Origin: an uncultured virus (IMG/VR IMGVR_UViG_2731957961_000002)
Lineage: Duplodnaviria > Heunggongvirae > Uroviricota > Caudoviricetes
DNA: 64,000 nt
Virus record (IMG/VR): IMGVR_UViG_2731957961_000002
Strand: one strand, 5' to 3'
The first letter of the stretch is position 1, and every line of letters starts with the position of its first letter. The notes beneath the pieces were generated by a model that was not told where the DNA came from, ran no database searches, and was given only the letters and a program-made list of their open reading frames with translations. This document shows, one piece after another, positions 1-8,980 of the stretch. The position numbers and the translations under genes were made by a program.

Positions 1-1155
1 TCACGAAATCACCTTGACCTCGGGCAGCAGCAGCAGCGACGAGTTGGCGGCGAACAGTTTCTCCATCGCCTGATCGGCGAGCTTGGCGCGGTCGCCGAGA
101 TAGTGCTGGTCGAGAATCTCCTGCACCGTCTTGAGGCTGTGCCCGGTGATCGAGGCGATCTCTGGAGCCGCGCAGCCGGCCAATGCGAGCAGCGTCACCG
201 ACGTGCCGCGCAGGTCGTGAAAATGCAGGTCGTTGTCCTCGCCGAACTCGGCCCCGATCTTGGCCGCCTTGCAGGCCTTGCCGAACGAGGTGCGGAAGCC
301 ATCCTCGGTCCAAGGCTGTCCGCGCGTGTTGAGCAGGATCGTTGCGACCTCGGTATTCTCCCAATCGACCCGCTGCAGCAACTGCCAGAGCTGCGTGCCC
401 GGCATCACCTTGATCCGGATCGCCGTGTGGTTCTTGGTGCCGCGCTTGCGTGGGATGTGGAGGTAGCCATCGCGGTAGGCGCTTTTGGGCAGCGACAGGC
501 ACTTGCCTTCGCGCAGGCCAGTGTAGAGGCCGAGCACCACGACGTCGCACACCTGGCTGGACGCCTTGGCGAACAGGCGCTCGAAATGCGGTGCGCGCCA
601 GAGCTTCTCGGTGCGGTCGCTCTCGTAGAGCCGGCCACCCTTCAGACACGGGTTGACTCGCAGCTTGCCGCGATCCGTCGCTACCGAGCAAATGCGCGCC
701 AGCACGGACCACGCCATATCAGCGGTGCGCTTTTTCTCGACGAGGCCGTCGCGCCATTTCTTGAAATCGCCGCGCACTTCTTCCGGCGTGTCCTTGATGG
801 GTTGGATCGGCAGCTTGCCGAACTCGGCCTCGATCATCTTGATGTAGCGGTTGTAATCCTTCTGTGTTCTCTTGCCGAGCGTCGTGTACTCGTCCGACTG
901 TTTGTAGAGCGCGATCAGATCGCGGAACGTGCCGGTGTTGGCATTGGCCTTGGCAAGCTTGGCGGCTTCGACGTTGGCGCACTCCTGAAAATAGGCCGCC
1001 ATGAATTCGGTCGAGCCTTCGGCGCCGGGCAGCACGCGCTTGGTGGCGCGGAAACTGATGTAGGTTTCGAACTCGCCGCTGGCGAGTTTTTGCTTGTCTC
1101 GCTTGAGACCCTTCAGCCGTTTAAGGCTGGTTACGCGACGCTCGTTCTTGGGCAC
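1..1155 (-). CDS. int: Tyrosine recombinase (phage integrase)
   Basis: Catalytic motifs TGLR, HFHDLRGT, TGHS and late HY. Confidence 0.95.
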   Translation of the reverse strand: MPKNERRVTSLKRLKGLKRDKQKLASGEFETYISFRATKRVLPGAEGSTEFMAAYFQECANVEAAKLAKANANTGTFRDLIALYKQSDEYTTLGKRTQKDYNRYIKMIEAEFGKLPIQPIKDTPEEVRGDFKKWRDGLVEKKRTADMAWSVLARICSVATDRGKLRVNPCLKGGRLYESDRTEKLWRAPHFERLFAKASSQVCDVVVLGLYTGLREGKCLSLPKSAYRDGYLHIPRKRGTKNHTAIRIKVMPGTQLWQLLQRVDWENTEVATILLNTRGQPWTEDGFRTSFGKACKAAKIGAEFGEDNDLHFHDLRGTSVTLLALAGCAAPEIASITGHSLKTVQEILDQHYLGDRAKLADQAMEKLFAANSSLLLLPEVKVIS

Positions 1156-1387
1156 GCTCCTGTCTCCATTTCTCCAGCGCGGTCATCGCTTCGGGCACTT
1201 CGCACACCAAGCCCGAGACCTTGTCTAGCGCGAGATCAATCGCCTTGCGGTCCCACCTGTGTGTGCCGGGTATCGGACCCGGAAGAATCCCGCGACGCAC
1301 CCAATCGTGGAACGTCGACAAGCTTCCGCACCCGGCGTAGACGGCAGCCTCTGATCTCGACAAGCCCCTCGGGGTCACCTGGTTCAT
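1121..1387 (-). CDS. Excisionase-like HTH protein
   Basis: LSRSEAAVY..STFHDWVRRGILPGPIPGTHRWDRKAID; overlaps int start. Confidence 0.85.
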   Translation of the reverse strand: MNQVTPRGLSRSEAAVYAGCGSLSTFHDWVRRGILPGPIPGTHRWDRKAIDLALDKVSGLVCEVPEAMTALEKWRQERAQERASRNQP

Positions 1388-1400
1388 ACTGCCTCTCTTG

Positions 1401-1429
1401 CCTTACGCTCCGTTACGTAGTATGTCAAG
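1401..1429 (-). promoter_or_regulatory. Putative sigma70 promoter of xis-int containing a KAYRKAMTACGTA site
   Basis: Minus strand TTGACA-17 nt-TAAGGC just upstream of the RBS and ATG at 1387. Confidence 0.5.
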
Positions 1430-1654
1430 CATATCAGCGTCGGCCTTCCGGCCTACGTCTTCCGGCTTACAAAAACTTTTGTGGATTCCACGCGGCCATT
1501 TCGTGCCGTCACGCACGATTTGCCAGTCGTGGCCGTCGCGGGCTTCCCCGATGATGACCCCGGTGAAGACCTTCGGCTTCCGGTCCGCATAGGGAATCGT
1601 GACCACCACGCGATCACCCTTCTTCAGAGCCGGATCGTAGGTTCGGTCAATCAT
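1403..1654 (-). CDS. Hypothetical phage protein (SH3/KOW-like start)
   Basis: Coupled ORF in leftward operon; LKKGDRVVV. Confidence 0.65.
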   Translation of the reverse strand: MIDRTYDPALKKGDRVVVTIPYADRKPKVFTGVIIGEARDGHDWQIVRDGTKWPRGIHKSFCKPEDVGRKADADMLDILRNGA

Positions 1655-2129
1655 GTCGTTCGGCCTTGAGCTTTTCGTATTCCTCGATCAGCCACACCAC
1701 TAGGTTGGCGCGATCCGGCAACACGAGATCGTTGCCGGGATGGGCCTCGCGCCAGCGAGCCACCGCGCGCATGTCGGCCTTCCATTGCAGGTCGAAGGTG
1801 AACTGCAGGCTCTCGGCGTGCTCCTTGGCCTCGGCCAATTCCTGGCGCAGTGCGCTGAGACGATCCGCCGGCAACAGTTCGAGCTTGAGATCCGCCAACT
1901 GCTGATCGTCGACCCGCTGCGTCGCCTTTTCGTAGAGATAATCCTGGCAGATCTCGACCAGCATCAGCGTCTGCCGAGCGGAGGTGACGATCTCGCAGAT
2001 CGGCTGGTGCCGCTCGGTGAACGCGACGATGTGGATGCCGCAGTTCGGGTCACCGCAGAAGGCAGCGTCGAAGTGATGGGCGCGCGGAGTCTCGGGTCCA
2101 GGACGCCAGTTATCGTCGCTTCTGGTCAT
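1647..2129 (-). CDS. Hypothetical phage protein
   Basis: Start MTRSDD with GGAGG RBS; operon context. Confidence 0.6.
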   Translation of the reverse strand: MTRSDDNWRPGPETPRAHHFDAAFCGDPNCGIHIVAFTERHQPICEIVTSARQTLMLVEICQDYLYEKATQRVDDQQLADLKLELLPADRLSALRQELAEAKEHAESLQFTFDLQWKADMRAVARWREAHPGNDLVLPDRANLVVWLIEEYEKLKAERHD

Positions 2130-2415
2130 CCGGCGCCTCCACAAAGAACTTGCACGCCTTCCATTCGGAAAAGACCGGCGGGCCATGCCGATGGGTGAGC
2201 CGGAGGAATTCGCGGCAGCCCATCGTCTTGACCTGCTTGCTCTCGATCAGCTGGGTGTGCGGGTTCACTTTGTCCCGACCCTTTCGATAATAACCGCGCC
2301 ATTTGCAGTCGCCGCACGTCTTTGATGGATCTCCGAGAGATCCAACAAAATGCGCCATGCCCGGCTTGACGTCATCGCGGTCGGGGACGCCGGGTAGTTT
2401 TGTCAGGTAGCCCAT
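2110..2415 (-). CDS. Hypothetical Cys-containing phage protein
   Basis: KTCGDC..C..ACKFF pattern; operon context. Confidence 0.65.
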   Translation of the reverse strand: MGYLTKLPGVPDRDDVKPGMAHFVGSLGDPSKTCGDCKWRGYYRKGRDKVNPHTQLIESKQVKTMGCREFLRLTHRHGPPVFSEWKACKFFVEAPDDQKRR

Positions 2416-2629
2416 GTGCTGCATCCCAAATCATGACCTGATAGCGATCCGGATCCAGGCCCATCCGTTCCACCGCGCGCCGCATCGGCTCAGATCCGCC
2501 GGGCATCATGCAGATGTCGCGCGCGGTCCAGCCGTAGATATCGACCAGAAACGCGACGCGACCATCGCGGTGCATGTCGCGAATGGGCATTTGGGTCTTG
2601 AGCCGATAGTCAACGGTCATGTTGCTCAC
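2372..2629 (-). CDS. Hypothetical phage protein
   Basis: GTGA overlap with upstream ORF. Confidence 0.5.
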   Translation of the reverse strand: MSNMTVDYRLKTQMPIRDMHRDGRVAFLVDIYGWTARDICMMPGGSEPMRRAVERMGLDPDRYQVMIWDAAHGLPDKTTRRPRPR

Positions 2630-2970
2630 CTGACGCGCTGTTGCTTGAACAGCGCCTCCATATCCTTCTTGGCCTCGGAGAAGCCGGCATGCAGCTCGCC
2701 CTCGATGGCGGCTCTGCCGACCATCAGCGCTGCCAGCATTTTCAAGTTTTCTTCGTTGAGCCGGCCAATCAGCTCATCGTTTTTCATCTCACCGACGATG
2801 GCGGCAAGCGCAGTCACGCCAGCCTGCACCAGCAATGGCATCCATGGTGCCGGCGCGATGTCGATGACGCGCCTCATTGTCGCTTCGATGTCGTCAGACA
2901 TCTTGAGCGTCAGATCGTAGATGATCTTGTCTTCGAGCGGTTGTGGTGCAGGATGCTGATGAACAATCAT
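2626..2970 (-). CDS. Hypothetical phage protein
   Basis: RBS and operon packing. Confidence 0.65.
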   Translation of the reverse strand: MIVHQHPAPQPLEDKIIYDLTLKMSDDIEATMRRVIDIAPAPWMPLLVQAGVTALAAIVGEMKNDELIGRLNEENLKMLAALMVGRAAIEGELHAGFSEAKKDMEALFKQQRVR

Positions 2971-2974
2971 CCGT

Positions 2975-3400
2975 CTATTCCTTTTCGATTCTGGATTTGA
3001 AGAACCTGGTGCTCTCCTCCAGTGCTTCGTTCTCTGTGATCATGCTGACGCGGACCCGCTTGGTCGGATCGGCGCCGCATGCCAGGAGCAGGGCGCGGCT
3101 GGTTGGTTCGAGGGCAGGGTGCTTGTGCGCGTTGGTTTTGACGGCGAACTTCCGGATGAACTCCCTGGCCTCGGGAATCTGCCAAAGCTCGCGCGGGTCT
3201 TCGTCGTAGCCGCCGAAATGCACCGTGATGGCGGTCGACGGTTGAACCTTCAGCGCCTGCCAGGACATGACGGCAGTCGCCAGCGCCTTGCGGCTCAGAT
3301 CGTCCGCGCTGCCAATCGAGAAAAACACCACGGTCCGTTCCAGATCCTGGAGCTTGCCGGAAACAATGCTGTCGTGCGTGGCGTATTCGATCCTGGCCAT
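2975..3400 (-). CDS. Hypothetical phage protein
   Basis: Start MARIEY coupled to upstream stop; GYDEDPRELWQIPEAREF. Confidence 0.65.
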   Translation of the reverse strand: MARIEYATHDSIVSGKLQDLERTVVFFSIGSADDLSRKALATAVMSWQALKVQPSTAITVHFGGYDEDPRELWQIPEAREFIRKFAVKTNAHKHPALEPTSRALLLACGADPTKRVRVSMITENEALEESTRFFKSRIEKE

Positions 3401-3564
3401 TAGACTTGCTCCTGGCGCAAATTGACTCGTCCCTTGTCGAGGTACGCCTGGCAAATCCGGCGCACCAATTCGGTCAGCTTGATCCTGTTCATGCGCGCCA
3501 ACAGTTCGAGCTGTTCGAAATCGTGGTCGTCAAAATGGGCGGCGATCTTGCGACGCGCCGTCAT
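3400..3564 (-). CDS. Ribbon-helix-helix-like DNA-binding protein
   Basis: 54 aa MTARRKIAAHFDDHDFEQLELLARMNRIKLTELVRRICQAYL fits the strand-helix-helix pattern. Confidence 0.6.
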   Translation of the reverse strand: MTARRKIAAHFDDHDFEQLELLARMNRIKLTELVRRICQAYLDKGRVNLRQEQV

Positions 3565-3944
3565 GGGTCTCTCCGCGGTCCGACCAGAATCGACGGGGAC
3601 ATCGGAAACTCCACGCCGATTGGCCTCCACAAGTGGAGACAGAAAGGGTGGCAATCGACGTATGATGCTTTCGGCGGATGAAACTCGACGACGCACTCGT
3701 CTTCCCGCCAGAACAGATCCTTGACGAAACACATCTCGGCCCAGTTCGGCGTCCGCCGTTCGGTCGACACCGAGACGTGCTCCCAGCGATATTCGAAGTC
3801 GAGCCCGCTGGAGATGATCTTCAACTCGGCGCCCTTCGGTCCCATCACAAAGAAGGCGCCGGCCGGGCCGTCCTGCATCGACGACCCCCAGGGGCCAGCG
3901 CGCAAGCGACCGTTTTCCAGAACGGAAGGCAATACGGGCCTCAT
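3561..3944 (-). CDS. Conserved hypothetical phage protein
   Basis: WEHVSVS..RTPNWAEMCFVKDLFW..HPFCLHLW, a recurrent phage family. Confidence 0.75.
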   Translation of the reverse strand: MRPVLPSVLENGRLRAGPWGSSMQDGPAGAFFVMGPKGAELKIISSGLDFEYRWEHVSVSTERRTPNWAEMCFVKDLFWREDECVVEFHPPKASYVDCHPFCLHLWRPIGVEFPMSPSILVGPRRDP

Positions 3945-4147
3945 ACCTTCTCCTCGACCTGGACAAACATCCATTCTTCGATGAAGCGCTGGATCGCCAG
4001 CGCGAGGTCGTGGCAATAGAGCTGATAGAGTTCAGGATCCCGGCAGCACGGTTCGTCCTGAAGGAAGTGTTCGGCCAGCGCGTAGCAGTTCGAATCGAAG
4101 CTCTGAGCCGGCTTCGGTCGGTCCGCCGTCGTCATATCGGTCGCCAT
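3941..4147 (-). CDS. Hypothetical phage protein
   Basis: FDSNCYALAEHFL; coupled ORF. Confidence 0.6.
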   Translation of the reverse strand: MATDMTTADRPKPAQSFDSNCYALAEHFLQDEPCCRDPELYQLYCHDLALAIQRFIEEWMFVQVEEKV

Positions 4148-4362
4148 TTCCTGTTGACGACGCGCTTGCCGATGAACCATTGGCCCGACGATCTCCGAAA
4201 CTCGGCTTCGAAGAAGGCTTTGACGTCGGTGCCCGTCGCCTTTTGGGTGGCGAAATCGAGCGGCTGTTGCACCATGTTCCGACAATTCTTGGCGTAAACC
4301 AGCGCCAATTGGTTCGGGTCGTTGGTGACGAGGGGTCTTTGAACCTTGACGATGTCGGTCAT
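4132..4362 (-). CDS. Hypothetical protein, paralog of 53502..53720
   Basis: IVKVQ..LALVY..GTDVKAFFEAE..W.IGKRV shared by both. Confidence 0.75.
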   Translation of the reverse strand: MTDIVKVQRPLVTNDPNQLALVYAKNCRNMVQQPLDFATQKATGTDVKAFFEAEFRRSSGQWFIGKRVVNRKWRPI

Positions 4363-4799
4363 GCCGACTCCTTCAGCCACTGCTTGCCATAGACGTGCAC
4401 GACGCGGGTGCCGATCTGCTGCAACACCACGCCTTCCTTGCCTTCCAGCGTCCGATAGTCGCCGATCACGACGCCATTGAATCCGTCGTGCGCGATTTCG
4501 TACCGGGTGTGCATGTGCCAGGGTGTTTCCCGCCCGTGGCCGCAGACCCGGCAGTCGCCCTGGGCCTGAAGATCCGGCATGTAGTAGTGCATCGAAACCG
4601 TGCCCGTGACGCGCTTGACGCGGCCATTGGCCTCCAGGGCGTCAATGAAGGTCCGCAGCGCGGATTCGTAGAAGTGCCGCGCTCGCGGATAATCGTCGTC
4701 AACGACAGCGGGCAGGGCGTTGAAGGTCTTGATCAGCGCCGCCAGGGTGTCGAATTCATCCGTCTGCGCTTGCAGCCGAGCGAGATCCAGGACTGTCAT
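4359..4799 (-). CDS. Hypothetical phage protein
   Basis: ATGA overlaps at both ends. Confidence 0.6.
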   Translation of the reverse strand: MTVLDLARLQAQTDEFDTLAALIKTFNALPAVVDDDYPRARHFYESALRTFIDALEANGRVKRVTGTVSMHYYMPDLQAQGDCRVCGHGRETPWHMHTRYEIAHDGFNGVVIGDYRTLEGKEGVVLQQIGTRVVHVYGKQWLKESA

Positions 4800-5227
4800 C
4801 GACGACACCTCCATCCGTACCGGCCGTCCTTGACCTTGCGCATGCCGTGACGCTGGCAAACGTCGCGCGGTTTCGCTTTTGGTCTTGCCCTTTCCTTGTC
4901 CGGGGTTTGCGCCATCACGCGCTTGGTCTTCACCGGCTGCGGCGCCAGGCTGCGCTCGGCCTCTACCGGCATCAGGATACGCTCGACCTTCACCGGTTGC
5001 GGTTCCGGCGCGAGCAGCGCGAGACGATCCTGCTTCTTGGCCGGCACCGACGCGACCGGCTGCCAACGGTCATCGAACAGATCCGGCGCGTAGCGCTGGA
5101 ATTGTGCCAACGCCGGCTTCACCGGCTTCGACTTCGCCGCCAGTACGGCCGCGAACATGCCGGAGAATGCCAGTGCGGCGGCGAGCGCGAGACTGATCGA
5201 CCATGGCGGGGGCTTGATCCAGATCAT
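4796..5227 (-). CDS. Hypothetical exported or membrane-anchored protein
   Basis: Hydrophobic N-terminus; basic C-terminal DVCQRHGMRKV..GWRCRR. Confidence 0.65.
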   Translation of the reverse strand: MIWIKPPPWSISLALAAALAFSGMFAAVLAAKSKPVKPALAQFQRYAPDLFDDRWQPVASVPAKKQDRLALLAPEPQPVKVERILMPVEAERSLAPQPVKTKRVMAQTPDKERARPKAKPRDVCQRHGMRKVKDGRYGWRCRR

Positions 5228-5307
5228 GACTCATCCCCACCGCATGTTCAGTTTCAGCTGCAGCCGCAAGGCATCGATAATGGCCTCGACTGTCATGACC
5301 ACTCCTG

Positions 5308-5622
5308 TCAGGCGGATCCGGATGTCGGCAGATTGCGTGCAGAGTATTCGACGATGAATCGGCGCAGCTCGGCGTCGATCTGGTCCATGCGCCGGAGGTC
5401 GGCGTCGGTCGGCTCGCTGCCGGGATCCAGCAGCCCGCCCGTGATGGAGTGGAAGACGTGCTGGGCGCCGGCAAAGAAAGCGTTGCGCATTTCTTCGAGC
5501 TGGATCCGCGGCGCGTCTTCGAGCTTGCAGGCAATGCGAAGGCCGACCCAGCCGGCTTCGATCAGAAGTCCTTCGTCGACCAGTCGCCTGGTCAGCGCTT
5601 CGAGATAAGCGCGATCAGCCAT
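5308..5622 (-). CDS. Hypothetical phage protein, first gene of leftward early operon
   Basis: GGAG RBS; EMRNAFFAGAQH motif. Confidence 0.7.
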   Translation of the reverse strand: MADRAYLEALTRRLVDEGLLIEAGWVGLRIACKLEDAPRIQLEEMRNAFFAGAQHVFHSITGGLLDPGSEPTDADLRRMDQIDAELRRFIVEYSARNLPTSGSA

Positions 5623-5694
5623 CCGCTTTCTCCCTTGGACAGGATCTTCTCAGCTAAAGAGATGGGCGATGAAGGCGCCGCTGATTGACCCATA

Positions 5695-5745
5695 CCAAAA
5701 TAATTTTGGACGGTCCAATAAAATTTTGGGTCAAAGGATTTTTGG
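5695..5745. promoter_or_regulatory. Three tandem operator-like palindromes (OL-like)
   Basis: CCAAAATAATTTTGG 5695-5709, CCAATAAAATTTTGG 5715-5729, TCAAAGGATTTTTGG 5731-5745. Confidence 0.75.
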
Positions 5746-5901
5746 AAGTGACAGCGATTCCGCTTGACCGCAACAAGGGCGGGCGTAGGCTATGGGTGTG
5801 AATGCAGGCGCAGGNCATCCCAGGCCGTCGCTATTTCACGCAATAAAAACCGAGAGGGATAACAATCNGGATGCACGTGAATACGACGGGGGAATACGCC
5901 A

Positions 5902-6144
5902 ATGAACTCACGGGTGACGTCGTTACGTCTACAGGCCTATGCATGCGTACCTGAATTTCCGCCAGACGCAGATAAGGAAGAACTACTGAAGTTACTTAGC
6001 GAGGAGGTTCAAAGAGTCAGAGACGGAAGGACGTCGACATTCTTCGCCGCCGAGTGGCATGGCTTCTCAGACGAAGACGTCTTGGTGATGCTCAACGAGC
6101 TGATCGACTTCGTGCAAAACTGCTTTTTTAGGGAACGCTCTTAG
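5902..6144 (+). CDS. Hypothetical protein convergent with repressor
   Basis: 80-aa ORF with GGGG RBS in immunity region. Confidence 0.45.
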   Translation: MNSRVTSLRLQAYACVPEFPPDADKEELLKLLSEEVQRVRDGRTSTFFAAEWHGFSDEDVLVMLNELIDFVQNCFFRERS

Positions 6145-6145
6145 T

Positions 6146-6450
6146 TCAGTACGCTGACGACTTTACGGAACGCTCTAGTTCAGAGAGCTGACGCCTTAGT
6201 GAGGCTGGAAGACGAGAAGTATTACCTTCGAATATGTAATCACTAGGGACTTGTCGCTTATCAATTTGAACGCGTTCTAAAATAAGCATCATGACTCTCA
6301 AAGTTACTGGAGAGCCTCTTTCAATATTGTTCCAACGATTTGGATGCATGTCTAATAGACGAGCGAACTCTGACTGNTCCAGCCACAAGTTTTCTTAGAG
6401 CGACGAGTCTTCGACGGATCGCTNTTTTTGTCATTGCTTGCTTCGGTCAT
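6146..6450 (-). CDS. XRE-family HTH repressor (CI-like, no peptidase domain)
   Basis: Removing the N placeholders at 6377 and 6424 gives a 100-aa ORF: AIRRRLVALRK..QSEFARLLDMHPNRWNNIERG; divergent from Cro-like gene. Confidence 0.8.
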
Positions 6451-6503
6451 AAACCGAAAATTGCATAGAACTAGAATTCTAGCAACGCCAAAAAGCTCCT
6501 TCT

Positions 6504-6615
6504 CCAAAAAATTTTGGAAAGTGGTGCTCTGTAATGTTCACAAAGTGACTTAAAGAGCGCTTATAAGACACCAAAAAAGTTTTGGAGGAAAGATGTTGCT
6601 CCAAAAAAATTTTGG
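6504..6615. promoter_or_regulatory. Three operator-like palindromes between repressor and Cro (OR-like)
   Basis: CCAAAAAATTTTGG 6504-6517, CCAAAAAAGTTTTGG 6571-6585, CCAAAAAAATTTTGG 6601-6615. Confidence 0.8.
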
Positions 6616-6647
6616 AATTAGGATGTCTCCCGCCTTGGGGAGACATC

Positions 6648-6929
6648 ATGAAAACTATCTCAAATGTCGCGGAAATTGTTGAGGTTTTGGGCGGCATCGA
6701 ACGGGTGGCCGCCCTGACCGAAGCCAAGGATCCGGCCGTTTGGAATTGGGTCTACGCCTTCGAAGCCTTCCCGGCGAACACCTACTTCGTCCTCATCGAA
6801 GCTCTCAAGCAACGCGGTTACACCGCACCTCCGCACCTGTGGAAGATGCGTGGCATTCGTTTGAGGAAGCGGGCGGCGGCTCGTTTGAAGAGGCGGACGG
6901 GCACTCGTTTGAAGAAGCGGGCGGCCTAA
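6648..6929 (+). CDS. Cro-like HTH regulator with basic repeated tail
   Basis: IVEVLGGIERVAALT..AVWNW..FPANTY; divergent from repressor. Confidence 0.8.
   Translation: MKTISNVAEIVEVLGGIERVAALTEAKDPAVWNWVYAFEAFPANTYFVLIEALKQRGYTAPPHLWKMRGIRLRKRAAARLKRRTGTRLKKRAA
6857..6927 (+). repeat. 3 x 24-bp imperfect tandem repeat in Cro 3' end
   Basis: TCGTTTGARGARGCGG units start at 6857, 6881, 6905. Confidence 0.8.
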
Positions 6930-7064
6930 GCTCGCAACCTTTCGTTGGTCACTTAAAGGAATTTTCCGCGGAGCTTGTCCCTCTCGCGTCGCGGAGAGGC
7001 CATCGGAAGGGGCGGCGCGCGTCCCTTTCGGTGGCGAACCTTAAGAACAATAAGGGAAGCTTTT

Positions 7065-7445
7065 ATGACAAAGGTCGCTCACCTCTCCGAAATTCCGTCG
7101 AACGGGTCTCTCGACCGTCACGCCGCGATCCTCGCCGACATTCAAAAGATGCGAGACGAACTCGTCTCGACCCACGATACGAATGACCAGCTTCGTGCGG
7201 ATCTTCATCGTGAGGAAGACCGCGTCGCCCTTCTTGTCCAGGAGCGCGACCGCTGGCGTACCGAAGCGCTGATCTTCCGTAGCCGTCTGATCGAACTCGC
7301 CACCGCAATGGCGAATATCGGCCTGCTCACACGGTCCGCCCAAGAGATCGTCCTTACCGTCAACGAGCTGAACAACGCCACCTCCAGCGAAGCGCTGGGC
7401 AAGCTGGAGGAGGCTTTCGAACAGGGAAACCACGCTGCGGCATAA
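7065..7445 (+). CDS. Hypothetical coiled-coil protein
   Basis: AAGGGA RBS; heptad-like composition. Confidence 0.7.
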   Translation: MTKVAHLSEIPSNGSLDRHAAILADIQKMRDELVSTHDTNDQLRADLHREEDRVALLVQERDRWRTEALIFRSRLIELATAMANIGLLTRSAQEIVLTVNELNNATSSEALGKLEEAFEQGNHAAA

Positions 7446-7456
7446 GGATCAGCTCC

Positions 7457-7765
7457 ATGAGCGATTTCGATCTCAACGAGTCCCGTAAAGGCCGCGACGA
7501 CGGCATGGCGCAGGTGATCGGACACAATCTGACCTTCGCGGATGAATTCGCCCAGGCCATCGACCGGCTGCCGCGTGGCTGGGTTGGGACCTGCGAGGAC
7601 ATTCGCAAGGACTGGCGCGGCACTCAGCCGGCGTCGCCGAATGCCTGGGGCGCGTGCTGGAACGCCGCCAAGCGGCGCGGCCAGCTGGTGCAGCTGCAAC
7701 AGCAGGTCGCCATGACCGCCAACAAGTCGCACGCGCGGAAAACGCATCTTCATCGCAGGGCGTGA
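7457..7765 (+). CDS. Hypothetical phage protein
   Basis: AAGGA RBS; PNAWGA motif. Confidence 0.7.
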   Translation: MSDFDLNESRKGRDDGMAQVIGHNLTFADEFAQAIDRLPRGWVGTCEDIRKDWRGTQPASPNAWGACWNAAKRRGQLVQLQQQVAMTANKSHARKTHLHRRA

Positions 7766-7797
7766 GGGAGCGCCGGCATTTCTGGAAGGGCTTCATC

Positions 7798-8361
7798 ATG
7801 ACCATCACCGACATCGTTGAAGCACGTGTTCGCCCGCATCGGCACCACAACTCGGAATCCGCACCTTGGTATACCAAGCAGGGCATGACCGACAGACTGG
7901 TTGCATTGCACCGGGACGGCCTCGGTTTCACCGCCATTGCCCGGATCCTCGCGGAGGAATTCCAGCTCAAGGTTACGAAGAACCAGGTTATCGGGAAGGC
8001 CCGGCGCCTGACCTTGCCGCCGCGTCGAGGACCGGACCTGCCGCGGCCGGCGAAGCCACGGAAAAGCCGGGCGAGGCCACACGCTCCGCTGCCGCGTCTC
8101 AGCAACGGCCGGTTCGGGCCGAAGCTCTCGGTGCCGTTGCCGGCGCCGGATGTTGTGTTGCAGCCGTTGTTGCCGGCGCTGGCGCTGCCTCGCCAGGACT
8201 GGCGGGTCGCGAACCTCCCGGTGCTTGCGCTCAAGCCGGGCGAGTGCCGCTTCCCGTTCGGTGATCCTCCTTTTCAGTTTTGCGGCCGGCCCCAGGTCGG
8301 AGGCTGCGCCTACTGCGCTGGACATCTCGCCATCGCTTTCCGTCCGCGGAGGGAGTGGTGA
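7798..8361 (+). CDS. gcrA: GcrA-family cell-cycle regulator homolog
   Basis: N-terminal HTH VTKNQVIGKARRL; C-terminal CRFPFGDP..FCG..YCAGH. Confidence 0.85.
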   Translation: MTITDIVEARVRPHRHHNSESAPWYTKQGMTDRLVALHRDGLGFTAIARILAEEFQLKVTKNQVIGKARRLTLPPRRGPDLPRPAKPRKSRARPHAPLPRLSNGRFGPKLSVPLPAPDVVLQPLLPALALPRQDWRVANLPVLALKPGECRFPFGDPPFQFCGRPQVGGCAYCAGHLAIAFRPRREW

Positions 8362-8672
8362 TGCCTGACCGTCATGTCATGCCGATGCGCCGCCGCGCCG
8401 AGACTTTCGGGATCCAATTCTGCGGCTTCGAGTACACCGTCACCGTCGGCTACTTCGAGACCGGCGCCGTCGGCGAAGCTTTCATTACTGGTGGGAAATC
8501 GGGGCAGGCCATCGAGGCGATTGCTCGGGACGCCGCCGTGCTTCTGAGCCTGGCGCTGCAGTTCGGGATGCCGCTCGAAATGATCCGGCATGCCATTACC
8601 AGGGATTCTCAGGGGCATCCGTCCAGCATTCTCGGCGCCGTCGTCGACCGGTTGATGGAGGCGGCGGCATGA
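8361..8672 (+). CDS. TSCPD-domain protein (class II RNR C-terminal-like)
   Basis: VTVGYF..GEAFI..KSG..ARDAAVLLSLALQFG. Confidence 0.75.
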   Translation: MPDRHVMPMRRRAETFGIQFCGFEYTVTVGYFETGAVGEAFITGGKSGQAIEAIARDAAVLLSLALQFGMPLEMIRHAITRDSQGHPSSILGAVVDRLMEAAA

Positions 8673-8980
8673 GCAAATACGCCCTCTGTTCCTGTTGCAA
8701 GCAACCGCTGCCGTCACTCAAGCGCGGCGGCGTGTATCTGCCGCCACGAAAGGCGCAGATCTTCGACACCATCGACCGCAACCCCGGCATCAGCGCGCTC
8801 GGCATTATCGCCAAATGTTACAATGGGAATGCGACGACCAACGCCGTGCGCGTTCACGTCGCGCAAATCAACTGTCTTCTGATGGAGAGCGGCGTCCGTA
8901 TCCGCATCAGCGGCGACGGCATCGACATGCGTGGATCGTACCGGATCGTTCGGCCGCAGGAAGGAAAGGTGGCGGCATGA
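8669..8980 (+). CDS. Zn-knuckle/winged-helix protein
   Basis: CSCCKQP; NAVRVHVAQIN resembles OmpR-type wHTH. Confidence 0.55.
   Translation: MSKYALCSCCKQPLPSLKRGGVYLPPRKAQIFDTIDRNPGISALGIIAKCYNGNATTNAVRVHVAQINCLLMESGVRIRISGDGIDMRGSYRIVRPQEGKVAA

Noticed and set aside
103..1554. Long antisense or alternate-frame ORFs (also 14629..16485, 35956..37488, 39858..41960, 49699..51288)
   Set aside because: Shadow ORFs of real genes in GC-rich DNA with no recognisable motifs
6146..6450. Repressor as a truncated pseudogene
   Set aside because: Breaks coincide with Ns at 6377 and 6424; assembly ambiguity
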